DNA from: an uncultured delta proteobacterium
GTDB taxonomy: Bacteria > Desulfobacterota > Binatia > Binatales > Binataceae
DNA length: 64,000 nucleotides
Direction of reading: 5' to 3'
NCBI GenBank assembly: GCA_963711565.1
Contig: CAVQEQ010000004.1
Location: 1,056,001-1,120,000, forward strand
Of this stretch, positions 1 through 9,334 are shown piece by piece. The translations under genes were made by a program, and so were the position numbers. Below the pieces are notes generated by a model, which did no database searches, was not told the origin of the DNA, and worked only from the letters and a program-made list of their open reading frames with translations. Position 1 is the first letter of the stretch; each line of letters starts with the position of its first letter.

Positions 1-1101
1 GGCTGGCGACGCCGTCAACATCACGGGTTGCGATCCGGCACTCGGCGACGGGCTCGCGAGCGGATGCGTCAGATTGTAGAACCCGTTGATAAAGCGAATT
101 CCCCAGCCGCCGCCGTTGTCCATGAAGCCGGTGAGCTGGTCGTAGAGCAGGGGATCGTTGACCATCAGTCCCGCAGTCCCGCGGCGCGAGTTGATCTTCT
201 GGAGAATCTCCTTCAAGTCGCGCGACGATTGGCGCAGGTTCGGCAGCACGTCATCGGAGAATTCCTTGTTCTCCATCAGTTGCGGGATAATCCCGTTGGC
301 TTTGTCGAACCGCGCGATCAGCGTGTCCATCCGCGCGCTGGTCTGGCGAATCTTCGTCGCCGTATCCGACAAGTTGTCCAGGAACTGCTTGCCGTTGGTG
401 TCGTTGCTCAGCATCGCGCCGACCAGTCCCTGGCCCTTGTTGACGCGGTCCATCACCTGGCTGAGCGCGACCGACAACTTGTCCACGTGGTCGAGCGTCT
501 GCTCGATCGATTCGAGCGTCAGCCGATGGTTCGGCTCGTTGGCGTCCTCGCCGCGCACCAGTTCGCTGAGCAAGCCGTGACCGTTTTCAATCGACGCGAG
601 GATTGCCCGCAGCGATCCTGAGATCGCCATCACGTTCGCGATCAAGTCGTCGGTGCCTTCGCGCTGCAGAATTGCCTCGTAGTCGATCGGATTTATCGAG
701 GCGAGCACCGTGTCCGGAGTCGCGCGCGGCGCCGCGGCCGTCCCCGGCGTCAGCGCGACGAACTTGTCGCCGAGCAGCCCCATCGAATGTATCTGCATAA
801 CCGAATCGGTGCGCACCCGCTCCGCCGCGGATTCTTCCACCCAGATTCGCACGATCACGTAACTGTTCTCGGGCTCGGGCGGAAACATGATAGAATCGAC
901 GGCGCCGATCCGCACGCCTGACAGCGTCACCGGCGCGCCGGTCTGCAAGCCCTCGATTCGCTCGAAATGCGCTTGCAGGATTTCGGTGCGCGTGAAAAAT
1001 TGCGCGCCGTGTCCGATCGTGATGATCGCGAAGCACAGGATTCCGAGTCCGGCCGCGATCAACGCGCCGACCCGCACTCGCGCATACGCGGAATCAGCCA
1101 C
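1..1101 (-). CDS. mlaD: MlaD/MCE family substrate-binding protein (3' end runs off the window)
   Basis: Manual translation from GTG at 1101: MADSAYARVRVGALIAAGLGILCFAII (TM)...FERIEGLQTGAPVTLSGVRIGAVDSI...GLLGDKFVALTPG, the MCE signature. Lies downstream of mlaE/mlaF. Confidence 0.85.
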   Translation of the reverse strand, partial: MADSAYARVRVGALIAAGLGILCFAIITIGHGAQFFTRTEILQAHFERIEGLQTGAPVTLSGVRIGAVDSIMFPPEPENSYVIVRIWVEESAAERVRTDSVMQIHSMGLLGDKFVALTPGTAAAPRATPDTVLASINPIDYEAILQREGTDDLIANVMAISGSLRAILASIENGHGLLSELVRGEDANEPNHRLTLESIEQTLDHVDKLSVALSQVMDRVNKGQGLVGAMLSNDTNGKQFLDNLSDTATKIRQTSARMDTLIARFDKANGIIPQLMENKEFSDDVLPNLRQSSRDLKEILQKINSRRGTAGLMVNDPLLYDQLTGFMDNGGGWGIRFINGFYNLTHPLASPSPSAGSQPVMLTASPA

Positions 1102-1125
1102 GCTCGCCTCGTAATGTCGCCGTTG

Positions 1126-1875
1126 TCATAGCGCGATCTCCACAAATTCGCGCATCAGCTCGTCCGTGGTCGCGCGCACTGCATCCGCCGTACCGCTGAA
1201 TCGTATCCGGCCCTGGTCCAGCAGCGCGAAGCGGTCGCCGACCATGAACGCGCTCTTCAGATCGTGCGTCACCACCACCGACGTAAACCCCAACTGCCGC
1301 TGCAAGTCACGAATCAGCAAGTTTATCTTGTGCGTCACCAAAGGGTCCAATCCCGTCGTCGGCTCGTCGTACAGCACCGCCTTGGGCTGCAGCGCGATCG
1401 ACCGCGCCAGCGCCACCCGTTTTTTCATTCCGCCCGACAGTTCCGCCGGATAAAGATGCTCGACGCGGGTCATCCCGACCATGTCGAGCAGCTCGGTCAC
1501 GCGCCGCGCGATCGCGGGCTCGTCCATCCCGCCATGCTCGCGCAGCGGGTAGCTCACGTTGCCGAACACGGTGAACGAGTCGAACAGCGCGCCGCCCTGG
1601 AACACCATCGCGACTTGCTTGCGGACCTCGGCCATCGCGTCCTCGCTGAGATCGTTCAGCCGCGTCCCCTCGACAATCACCTCGCCGCTGTCGGGCCGTT
1701 CGAGTCCATTCAGATGCCGCAGCATGACGCTCTTGCCCTCGCCGCTGCCGCCGAGCACGACCAGGGTCTCACCCTCGAACACCTCGAGATCGACCCCTTG
1801 CAGCACCGCTTTGCCCGCGAAGCTCTTGCGGAGCCGGCGCACCTCGATAAACTTCTTGCGTCCGTCGTTCTGCAT
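1126..1875 (-). CDS. mlaF: MlaF-like ABC transporter ATP-binding protein
   Basis: Walker A GGSGEGKS, signature LSGGMKKRVALAR, Walker B LYDEPTTGLDP. The ATG at 1875 overlaps the mlaE stop. Confidence 0.9.
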   Translation of the reverse strand: MQNDGRKKFIEVRRLRKSFAGKAVLQGVDLEVFEGETLVVLGGSGEGKSVMLRHLNGLERPDSGEVIVEGTRLNDLSEDAMAEVRKQVAMVFQGGALFDSFTVFGNVSYPLREHGGMDEPAIARRVTELLDMVGMTRVEHLYPAELSGGMKKRVALARSIALQPKAVLYDEPTTGLDPLVTHKINLLIRDLQRQLGFTSVVVTHDLKSAFMVGDRFALLDQGRIRFSGTADAVRATTDELMREFVEIAL

Positions 1876-2630
1876 CAGATCGATAGAAAAAACTTGGTCA
1901 AAAAGAAATCCGAAATCAGCACCGTGATCGACGCCGCCACCACCGCCGACGTCGTCGCCCGTCCGACGCCGTCCGCGCCACCGCTCGCCGAGAGGCCCTT
2001 CGCACATGCGATTATCGCAATCTCGAAGCCAAAAAACACTGACTTGCCGAGGCCGCTGAACAGGTCGCCGAGCTGCGCGTTCTGGATTAACGAACTGTAA
2101 AAGTAGTCGGCGCTGACGCCGAGCTGAGTGACCGCAATCACCAGCCCGCCGAACAAGCCAACGGCGTCGGCCAGCACCGTCAGTATCGGTAGCATGATCA
2201 CGGTTGCAAGCACGCGCGGCACTACCAGCTTCTTGATTGGACTCGTCGCCAGAGATCGCATCGCGTCGATCTGCTCGGTCACCTTCATCGTGCCGAGCTC
2301 CGCCGTAATTCCCGCGCCCACGCGCGCCGCAACCATCAGCGCGCTCAGCACCGGCCCCATCTCGCGCAGCAACGAGAGCCCCATGATACGGCTGACGTAA
2401 ATCTTGGCGCCGAACTTTGCCAGGAACTGGCCCATCTGCAGCGCCAGCACCATCCCCGAAAAAATCGCGGTCAGATTGACGACGTTGACCGACTTCACGC
2501 CCACTGCTTCGAGTTGATCGAGCAACAGGCGTCCCTCGAACGGGCGGCGGATCAGGTAGCGGAAAAATTCGCCGGTCAGGACTCCGACTTCGCCAAGTTC
2601 ATCGAGAAACCGGTATATTCTTTCAAGCAT
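1875..2630 (-). CDS. mlaE: MlaE family ABC permease
   Basis: LLREMGPVLSALMVAARVGAGITAELGTMKVTEQIDAM motif; C-terminal GADGVGRATTSAVV. Confidence 0.92.
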   Translation of the reverse strand: MLERIYRFLDELGEVGVLTGEFFRYLIRRPFEGRLLLDQLEAVGVKSVNVVNLTAIFSGMVLALQMGQFLAKFGAKIYVSRIMGLSLLREMGPVLSALMVAARVGAGITAELGTMKVTEQIDAMRSLATSPIKKLVVPRVLATVIMLPILTVLADAVGLFGGLVIAVTQLGVSADYFYSSLIQNAQLGDLFSGLGKSVFFGFEIAIIACAKGLSASGGADGVGRATTSAVVAASITVLISDFFLTKFFLSI

Positions 2631-2714
2631 CGCGCCAGTCGAAGCGAGCGTAAGCGAACCCAATGAACGCAGCAACACGAGCTGGGCGCCAGCATCATCT
2701 TTCCTGCGATTGTT

Positions 2715-2748
2715 CCCCTTCCCTCGAGGGAAGGGGTTAGGGGTTAGG
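2715..2748 (+). repeat. Repeat family A, copy 1 (CCCCTTCCC-TCGA-GGGAAGGGG-TTAGGGGTTAGG)
   Basis: 22-bp perfect palindrome plus a G-rich tail; recurs at 12352, 16087 and 17662. Confidence 0.9.
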
Positions 2749-3084
2749 TTGGACTCCGACAACCAACTGCTATTCGTCTACGGAACTCTGATGAATTCCG
2801 CCAAGCGCGTGATGCTGCTGGGCCGCCACATCAACGCCAGCCCCGCGCGGCTCCACGGCTACGCGCGCGGCGAAAAGCGCTTCCCCTTCGTCGCGAAGCA
2901 GGCCGACGCCGTCACCGACGGCGCAGTCCTCGAGGACCTCACAGCGCACGATCTCGCGATCCTCGACGAGTACGAAGAAGTGCCGAAGCTCTACACGCGC
3001 GAGCGCGTCAAGGTCGTCACCGTCAACGGCCGCAAAGTCGAATGCTGGATCTACATCCCGACTGATTGGGCGAATGAGTTCTGA
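2749..3084 (+). CDS. Gamma-glutamylcyclotransferase (AIG2-like) family protein
   Basis: LFVYGTLM N-terminal motif, LAILDEYEE..LYTRERVKV, CWIY. Probable TTG start immediately after repeat A. Confidence 0.85.
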   Translation: MDSDNQLLFVYGTLMNSAKRVMLLGRHINASPARLHGYARGEKRFPFVAKQADAVTDGAVLEDLTAHDLAILDEYEEVPKLYTRERVKVVTVNGRKVECWIYIPTDWANEF

Positions 3085-3127
3085 AGAATGAAACTTTATT
3101 CCGATCCGCGCCGATGTGCCTTTTTCC

Positions 3128-3387
3128 CTAACCTCTCCTTGTCCGAGGAGAGGTCGGCGCGAGCCGAAGGTGAGCGACGGGTGAGGTGCAAAGCCGGCCG
3201 CCGCAGTGAGCGCGTTGTACTTGTTGCTGAAAGTCAGAAAGTCGTGCTGCGGTCGGTCTCGGACCAGTACCTGTGAATTACGGTTAAACGAGTTGAGATG
3301 GGTGCGTTGTCTTGCGTTGCACCTCTCCCGGCGACACCGCTTTTCAAGCGGCTTTCGCCGACCTCTCCTCGGACAAGGAGAGGTTAG
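3128..3387. repeat. Repeat family B inverted pair (REPIN/MITE-like) with perfect 32-bp terminal inverted repeats
   Basis: CTAACCTCTCCTTGTCCGAGGAGAGGTCGGCG (3128-3159) is the exact reverse complement of 3356-3387; each arm is itself a hairpin. Confidence 0.9.
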
Positions 3388-3417
3388 ATCAGCGGCCCCA
3401 CATCCTTTTCTTCCTAT

Positions 3418-3477
3418 CACTGGGTGCAGGGGTCACCCCTGCCGAGGAAGTTTGAAACCCGCGGAGGGTTTCAAATT
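3418..3477 (+). repeat. Repeat family C, copy 1 (two hairpins: GCAGGG-n-CCCTGC and TGAAACCC-n5-GGGTTTCA)
   Basis: Recurs at 13345, 16219 (half), 18154 and inverted at 22531. Confidence 0.9.
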
Positions 3478-3498
3478 AAATCAGTGGCCTCTTCCCTC

Positions 3499-4917
3499 TT
3501 ACTTCACATCCGGCGGTATCGCCTTGCTCAGCTCGCCCCGCTTCAACCCGAACTTATCGATCCTGTATTGCAACGTCCGATAGCTCATCGCGAGCATCTT
3601 CGCCGCTTTCGCTATTACCCAATCGTTGCGCTCGAGCGCTTGCAGAATCGCGTCGCGCTCGAACGTCTCGAAATTGAAGCCCTCGCTCGGTATCTCGTAC
3701 TTGTCGCCGCGCTGACGCTCGCCAACGCGCGTCGGAGTCTTGCGCGCCAGTACTTCCTCCGGCAAATCCCGCGGCGTGACGGTATCGCTTTCGCACAGCA
3801 GGATCGCCCGCTCGATCGCCGATTCGAGCTGCCGCACGTTGCCCGGCCACGAATAGTCGAGCAGTACTTCCATCGCCTCGCGCCCGATCTCTTTCACGCG
3901 GCCTTCCGCCAGATGCCCGAATTTCGCGAGCGCATGATTCGCCAGCAATGCAATGTCGCCGCGCCGCTCGCGCAGCGGCGGCATCGTGACGGTCACGACG
4001 TTGATCCTGTAGTACAAGTCCTCGCGGAAACGGCCCTCGCCGACTTCCTCCGCGATATTGCGATTACTCGCCGCCACCAGTCGCACGTCGATACGGAACG
4101 AATCGTTACCGCCGACGCGCCGCAGCTCCTTCTCCTGCAGCACGCGCAGAATCTTCGCCTGCATCCCCTGCGGCAGGTCCGCGATCTCGTCGAGAAACAG
4201 CGTCGATTTGTCCGCGCTCTCGAACAGTCCGATCTTGCGCTCGTTGGCGCCCGTGAATGCGCCCCGCTCATGCCCGAACAGCTCGTTTTCGATCAGGTTG
4301 TCGGGAATCGCCGAGCAGTTGATCGCGACGAACGGGCGCGCCGCGCGCGGCGACAGCCGATGTATCGCCTTCGCGACGACTTCCTTGCCGGTCCCGCTCT
4401 CGCCCTGGATCAGCACCGTCGAATTCGAAGGCGCGACGCGCCGCACCAGCCGAATCACTTCCTGGATCGCGGGATCCTGCCCGATGATCCCCTCGATCTC
4501 GAAAGTCCCTTCGAGCCGCCGTTTCAGCAGCAGATTTTCCTGCTGCAGATTTGCGAACTCCGCCGCCTTCGCGACCCGCGTCACCAGCTTCTCGCGATCG
4601 GTCGGCTTCTCGAGGTAATCGAACGCGCCCGCCTTCATCGCCTGCACGACGCTGTCGGTCGATCCGTGCGCCGTCAGCACCACCACCTGGCTGCCGGGAT
4701 ACGAGCCGCGCACATTCGCGAGCAGCTCCTCGCCCGACATTCCCGGCATCATCAGGTCCGTCAGCACAACGTCGAAACGCGACAGCGCCAGCAGCTCGAT
4801 CGCGCGCTTGCCGACCGCCGCCTCTTCGACCGCGAAGCCTTCTTCGCGCAACGTGTCCGCGGTTATCTGCCGTTCGAGGTCGTTATCTTCAACGACCAGT
4901 ACTGAGGCCTGCGTCAT
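3499..4917 (-). CDS. Sigma-54-dependent response regulator (NtrC/AtoC family)
   Basis: Receiver domain (DLMMPG), AAA+ GESGTGKE, GAFTGA loop, C-terminal Fis-type HTH. Confidence 0.95.
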   Translation of the reverse strand: MTQASVLVVEDNDLERQITADTLREEGFAVEEAAVGKRAIELLALSRFDVVLTDLMMPGMSGEELLANVRGSYPGSQVVVLTAHGSTDSVVQAMKAGAFDYLEKPTDREKLVTRVAKAAEFANLQQENLLLKRRLEGTFEIEGIIGQDPAIQEVIRLVRRVAPSNSTVLIQGESGTGKEVVAKAIHRLSPRAARPFVAINCSAIPDNLIENELFGHERGAFTGANERKIGLFESADKSTLFLDEIADLPQGMQAKILRVLQEKELRRVGGNDSFRIDVRLVAASNRNIAEEVGEGRFREDLYYRINVVTVTMPPLRERRGDIALLANHALAKFGHLAEGRVKEIGREAMEVLLDYSWPGNVRQLESAIERAILLCESDTVTPRDLPEEVLARKTPTRVGERQRGDKYEIPSEGFNFETFERDAILQALERNDWVIAKAAKMLAMSYRTLQYRIDKFGLKRGELSKAIPPDVK

Positions 4918-6388
4918 GCTTGCGTCCGTTTACTACCGCACTCGGCGGGAAGGTGAAAGTCAATGTGGTTCCGGGTCCGTCCGCGTTCGGTCCGATGTCG
5001 ATTGTACCCCCATGCGTCTCGATGATCGCCTTCGACAGAAACAGCCCGAGTCCAATTCCTTCGCGCTTGGTCGTGAAGAACGGCTCGAACACGTGGTCGG
5101 CGACTTCCGCTTCGATCCCAGCGCCCGTGTCCGAGAACGCGATCACCATCGAACCGTCAACGCGCCGAAACGTGATCCGCATCGTGCCGCCTTCGGGCAT
5201 CGCCTGGATCGCGTTTGCGACCACGTTGATAAAACAGGTCCGCAGCTTCTCAACGTCCACGTTGAGAATCGGCGCCGCGTCGTTGCACTCCTCGACCAGC
5301 TCGATTCCCTGGCTCTTCATTTTCGATTCCGACAGCGCCACCACTTCATCGACCAGTTCATGCACATCCGTCGGTTCCGGGAATATTTCGATCGGCTTGC
5401 CGTAATGCAGAAAGCTCTGCACCAGGTCCGCCAGCCGCCGCATCTCGTCCTTCATGATTCCGAGCTGGCGCAAAAACGCTTCGCGATCGTTCGGCTGCTG
5501 CGGCGCGTAGCGTGCGCGGAGCTGGTCGAGCGCCAGGCTGATAAAGTTCAGCGGATTTTTGATTTCATGCGCCAGGCCGCCCGCCAATTGCCCCAGCGCC
5601 GTGAACCGCTCCAACCGGTTCAGCTCCTGCTCGCGTTCGCGCGCATGCCGCAGTTGCCCGACCATGTCGTTGAAGCTGCGCGTCAGCAAGCCGATCTCGT
5701 CGCGCCGATGCGCCTCCGGCACCGGCTCCAGTCCGCGCGCCGCGATATTCTGCGCCGCATTCGCGACCGCATGAATCGGCTTCACGTACCGATCGGCGAG
5801 TATGTACGCGAACACCAGCCCGATTGCGAAAATCGCAAACGCGATCATCAGCTCGCGCGTCCGGCTCTCCTCGAGCGGCTGCGCGAAGTCGCCGAAATTC
5901 GCCACCACCTGCACGTAGCCCAGCAGATGGTCCTCGACCTCGACCGGAATCAGGTAAACCGTCGTCTCGGGCGCCAGACCGAGCTTGCCGGGCGGAATCG
6001 TCAGCAGAGTATCGGGATGCTTAAGTTGCTCGGGCGTCAGCCATTCTGCCTGCTTGGGCCGCAGCGCCGCGCCGATCAATTGCGGATTCGAGCTGTTGAG
6101 AATCAGGTTCTCGCTCGACGCGATCGACACTTCGAGTCCCTGCGTATGCAGATCGTCAACGTAGTTGTGCAGCTGCTCGCGATCGGTGTCGCGCACCGCC
6201 GTCAATTCCTGCACGCCAATCTGGATCACGCGCGCCAGGTCCTTGACCTTCTCCTGCGTGTCCGCGACGATCGCCGCCTGCGTGCCCAGGCTCACCCACA
6301 CCTCCGCGCCCAGCGTCAGCCCGAGCAGCCCGACCATCAGCACGATCAGCTTCGCCTTGAGGTTCAGCGCGGGAAAGTATGATTCCAT
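4889..6388 (-). CDS. Sensor histidine kinase (TM-sensor-TM-HAMP-HisKA-HATPase)
   Basis: HAMP (DEIGLLTRSFNDM), H-box LAHEIKNPL, NAIQAM, DTGAGI, FFTTK..GIGLGL. Confidence 0.93.
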   Translation of the reverse strand: MESYFPALNLKAKLIVLMVGLLGLTLGAEVWVSLGTQAAIVADTQEKVKDLARVIQIGVQELTAVRDTDREQLHNYVDDLHTQGLEVSIASSENLILNSSNPQLIGAALRPKQAEWLTPEQLKHPDTLLTIPPGKLGLAPETTVYLIPVEVEDHLLGYVQVVANFGDFAQPLEESRTRELMIAFAIFAIGLVFAYILADRYVKPIHAVANAAQNIAARGLEPVPEAHRRDEIGLLTRSFNDMVGQLRHAREREQELNRLERFTALGQLAGGLAHEIKNPLNFISLALDQLRARYAPQQPNDREAFLRQLGIMKDEMRRLADLVQSFLHYGKPIEIFPEPTDVHELVDEVVALSESKMKSQGIELVEECNDAAPILNVDVEKLRTCFINVVANAIQAMPEGGTMRITFRRVDGSMVIAFSDTGAGIEAEVADHVFEPFFTTKREGIGLGLFLSKAIIETHGGTIDIGPNADGPGTTLTFTFPPSAVVNGRKHDAGLSTGR

Positions 6389-6417
6389 TTTCGATGCCGG
6401 CGCGGGCCGACGGATAA

Positions 6418-7050
6418 TTATTCGGGCAATTCGCTCTTGGCTGCTGGTTCGGTGGTCTTGCGTATCACCAGCAGCCGGGTCCCGTACACCAGCACGCTCA
6501 GGACCGCTACAACTATGATCAGCTTGTCGAAGCCGCCGATGTATCTGACGATCCATTCGAGCTGCTTGCCGAATACGTAGCCGAGCGTCACAACGATCGG
6601 CACCGATATCAATGCTCCAAGCAGATCGTAGAACAGGAACACGCCCGGACGCACGCCGAAAGATCCCGCTGACAAATAGACCAGCGCGCGCAGTCCGGCC
6701 AGGAATCGCGCGTAAAAGATCGCGCGATGCCCATGGCGCTGCATGAAGCCCTCGATCCGCTCAATCTGATGCTTGCGGCCCGGCCGTCCGAGGGAGAAAT
6801 AGCGCACCAGTCCCGATCCGAAGCGCCGTCCCATGAAAAACAGCGAGTTGTCACCTGCCACCACGCCCAGCAGCGCCACGATCAGCGTGATCGGATAGCG
6901 CGTGACCCCGCGATGCACCAGGTAGCCGCCCGCGAGCAGCGCCACGTCTTCTGGAATCGGCAATCCAAGGCCGCACAACATCAGAACGACAAACAGTCCT
7001 AGATAGGTGAAGTGTTCGATGTACGCCGAGATCAGTCCGACCAAGCTCAC
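6418..7050 (-). CDS. DedA family membrane protein
   Basis: GLPIPED, GDNSLFFMGR and ARFLAGLR motifs; GTG start overlaps the upstream stop. Confidence 0.9.
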   Translation of the reverse strand: MSLVGLISAYIEHFTYLGLFVVLMLCGLGLPIPEDVALLAGGYLVHRGVTRYPITLIVALLGVVAGDNSLFFMGRRFGSGLVRYFSLGRPGRKHQIERIEGFMQRHGHRAIFYARFLAGLRALVYLSAGSFGVRPGVFLFYDLLGALISVPIVVTLGYVFGKQLEWIVRYIGGFDKLIIVVAVLSVLVYGTRLLVIRKTTEPAAKSELPE

Positions 7051-7469
7051 TCTCCGTGCGCGTATCGCGCGCGCAGAGCGTCGCGAATTTGCTCGACCGA
7101 CATGCCCTGGCGAGCCATCGGCTCCGCATCGCGCGCCTCGCCCATGCAGATTCCACACCTGCTGGCGTGATCATCACGGTAGCAATCGAGCAGGCTCTTG
7201 TGGCCGAGTGACTTGTCGCATCCGCAGTAGCAGTGAAGTTGCGAAAGCAGCGCGGGATCGTGCTCGGCGACTTCATAAGCCTCGCGCACATTGCCCTGGA
7301 ATTGCTGCGGATCAAGCGTTACTCGCAGTTGTTCGCCCGGATCGCCGGCCGCGGCTGCCTGGCCGTCCGACGACTTCGAATTGCCCGACAGGTAGCCGCC
7401 ATATGCGATCGCCACTACCACGATCGCAGCTGCGCTCAACGCGACAATTCCTTTTATGCCTTTGAACAT
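7047..7469 (-). CDS. PCYCGC-motif membrane-anchored/secreted protein
   Basis: N-terminal TM; LHCYCGCD..GHKSLLDCY..HASRCGIC. Confidence 0.8.
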   Translation of the reverse strand: MFKGIKGIVALSAAAIVVVAIAYGGYLSGNSKSSDGQAAAAGDPGEQLRVTLDPQQFQGNVREAYEVAEHDPALLSQLHCYCGCDKSLGHKSLLDCYRDDHASRCGICMGEARDAEPMARQGMSVEQIRDALRARYAHGE

Positions 7470-7488
7470 GACTCCCCGCGGCCCGAAA

Positions 7489-8163
7489 TTATAGCATCTC
7501 GATGAATCTAAGGCTTTGATTCGCGAAACTATATAGAGCGGCCGGCCGATGCGGTCCGCGGCGCGTATGCGGCAGCCGTTTCAGCATCCCCATCGCGAGT
7601 ATGCTGCGCCGGAAGTTCCGCCGATCCAGCGGACGCCCCAGGATTAAAGAGTACAGCTCCTCGAACTCGGCGAAGGTGAATTCCCGCGGCAGCAGCGCAT
7701 ACGCGATATTCGTGTACTCGAGTTTCGACTTCAGCCGCTTCACCGCATACGCCGCCATCAGCGAATGATCGTACGCAAGCTGCGGCAGCCGCGTGACTTC
7801 GTACCACTTACCGGTAGAGTATTTGTCGCACGGTGCGCCAACCTCGTCCGCTTCCGGAATCAGCGCCATGTACGCGACCGACACCACGTGCGCGCGCGGG
7901 TCCCGCGACGGATCGCCGAAGGTGAACAGTTGCTCCAGGTAAGCGCCGCGCAGTCCCGTCGAATCGTGCAGCTCGCGCCGCGCCGCGTCGTCGAGCAGCT
8001 CGCCCACTCGCACCAGCCCGCCCGGAAACGCCCATCGCCCGCGCCCCGGCCCCCGCCGCAACTCGACCAGGTACGTCTGCAACCGGCCGTCCTTAACCGC
8101 GAACAACACCGTATCGACCGCGACCATCGGCCGCGCCGGCTTTTCGCCGGTAGGGCGGGTCAC
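7489..8163 (-). CDS. nrtR: NrtR family Nudix-related transcriptional regulator (start uncertain)
   Basis: Degenerate Nudix box PGGLVRVGE..AARRELHDSTGL, EQLFTFG..RDPR, LAYDH, C-terminal wHTH (LDRRNFRR, RPAALY). Adjacent to nadA. Confidence 0.85.
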   Translation of the reverse strand: MTRPTGEKPARPMVAVDTVLFAVKDGRLQTYLVELRRGPGRGRWAFPGGLVRVGELLDDAARRELHDSTGLRGAYLEQLFTFGDPSRDPRAHVVSVAYMALIPEADEVGAPCDKYSTGKWYEVTRLPQLAYDHSLMAAYAVKRLKSKLEYTNIAYALLPREFTFAEFEELYSLILGRPLDRRNFRRSILAMGMLKRLPHTRRGPHRPAALYSFANQSLRFIEML

Positions 8164-8251
8164 CAGTGGGGCGGGCCGCCGTGCCCGCCGTCGATGCTCG
8201 CCAGTGGGGCGGCCCGCCATGCCCTCAGTGGGGCGGGCCGCCGTGCCCGCC
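8164..8251 (+). repeat. Three tandem GTGG-type REP-like units (CAGTGGGGCGGGCCGCCGTGCCCGCC)
   Basis: Copies at 8164-8189, 8202-8224 (degenerate) and 8226-8251; GTGG followed by a GGCGGGC-n6-GCCCGCC hairpin. Confidence 0.85.
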
Positions 8252-8297
8252 CTCGGCTCGCGCGCAGATCCCCGCGCGACGCTCTGTAAATTCGCGC

Positions 8298-9308
8298 TCA
8301 GACGCTCAGCTCGAGCATGCGCTCAAGCGCCTTCTTCGCGCCTACTCGCACGTCCTCGGTCAGTTCAATTTCGTAACGCAGATGCCGCAATGAATCGAGC
8401 GTGCCCTCGAGCGTTATCATCTTCATGAACCGGCACAGCTTGCACGCCTTGTAAAAATGCTTGTCGGGAATCTCCATCAGCAACCGATCCGACAGACCGC
8501 ATTCCGTCACCACCAGGAACTTATCCGCGTCGCTGGCCCGCGCATACGACATCATCGCGCTCGTCGATAGCACCGCGTCCGCAATCGCGAGCACGTCGCG
8601 CCGGCATTCCGGATGCGCAATCACCTTGATTCCGGGGATCGCGCGCTTGACCTTGTTCACCTCGTCCGGGGTTATCTGATGGTGCACGTAACAATTACCG
8701 TCCCAGGAAATCACGCGCTTCTTCGTCTGCGATTGCACGTAGTTCGCAAGATTCTGATCCGGCACGAACAAAATATTTTCCGAGTCGATCCGCTCGACGA
8801 TCTTCGCCGCATTCGCCGAGGTACAGCACGCATCCGACAGCGCCTTCACATCCGCCGTGCAATTGACGTAAGACACGACCTTGAGATCGGGATAAATCTT
8901 GAGCAATTCTTCCTTCCGATCCGCCAGCGCCTCCGCCGTAACGCTATCCGCCAACGAGCACCCGGCTTTGAGATCCGGCAGCAAAACTTTCCGCTCCGGA
9001 TTAAAAACCTTCGCCGTCTCGGCCATGAAATGCACCCCGCAAAACACGATCACATCCGCGTCCCGAACGTCGCGAGCATTGCGCGCCAACTCCAGCGAGT
9101 CCCCAATAAAATCCGCAACCTCAAAAATCTCCGGCCGCTGATAGTTATGCGCAAGGATAACCGCCCGCCGCTCCTTCTTCAGCTCGCGTATCTCCGCGAT
9201 CATCCCCGCATAACGCTCGCAAGTCTCCGCGGTGTAACTCTCATTCCCAAGCACCGCCAACTTCTCGCGCAGCGCCCCCGCTTCAATCGCCGTCTGTACA
9301 GCTTCCAT
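8298..9308 (-). CDS. nadA: Quinolinate synthase NadA
   Basis: ILAHNYQRPEI, FCGVHFMAETAK, GCSLA, CYVH and AHPEC motifs; AGAGGA RBS before the ATG at 9308. Confidence 0.95.
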   Translation of the reverse strand: MEAVQTAIEAGALREKLAVLGNESYTAETCERYAGMIAEIRELKKERRAVILAHNYQRPEIFEVADFIGDSLELARNARDVRDADVIVFCGVHFMAETAKVFNPERKVLLPDLKAGCSLADSVTAEALADRKEELLKIYPDLKVVSYVNCTADVKALSDACCTSANAAKIVERIDSENILFVPDQNLANYVQSQTKKRVISWDGNCYVHHQITPDEVNKVKRAIPGIKVIAHPECRRDVLAIADAVLSTSAMMSYARASDADKFLVVTECGLSDRLLMEIPDKHFYKACKLCRFMKMITLEGTLDSLRHLRYEIELTEDVRVGAKKALERMLELSV

Positions 9309-9334
9309 CGCCGTCAATCCTCTTAACTCAATAC

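Noticed and set aside
3424-6382. Long plus-strand ORFs (493 aa, 524 aa) and similar antisense ORFs throughout the window
   Set aside because: Shadow frames of well-supported opposite-strand genes in high-GC DNA, with no motifs.
8164-8251. Three direct repeats as a mini CRISPR array
   Set aside because: Spacers are 12 bp and 1 bp, the middle copy is degenerate and no cas genes are present; it fits GTGG-type REPs.
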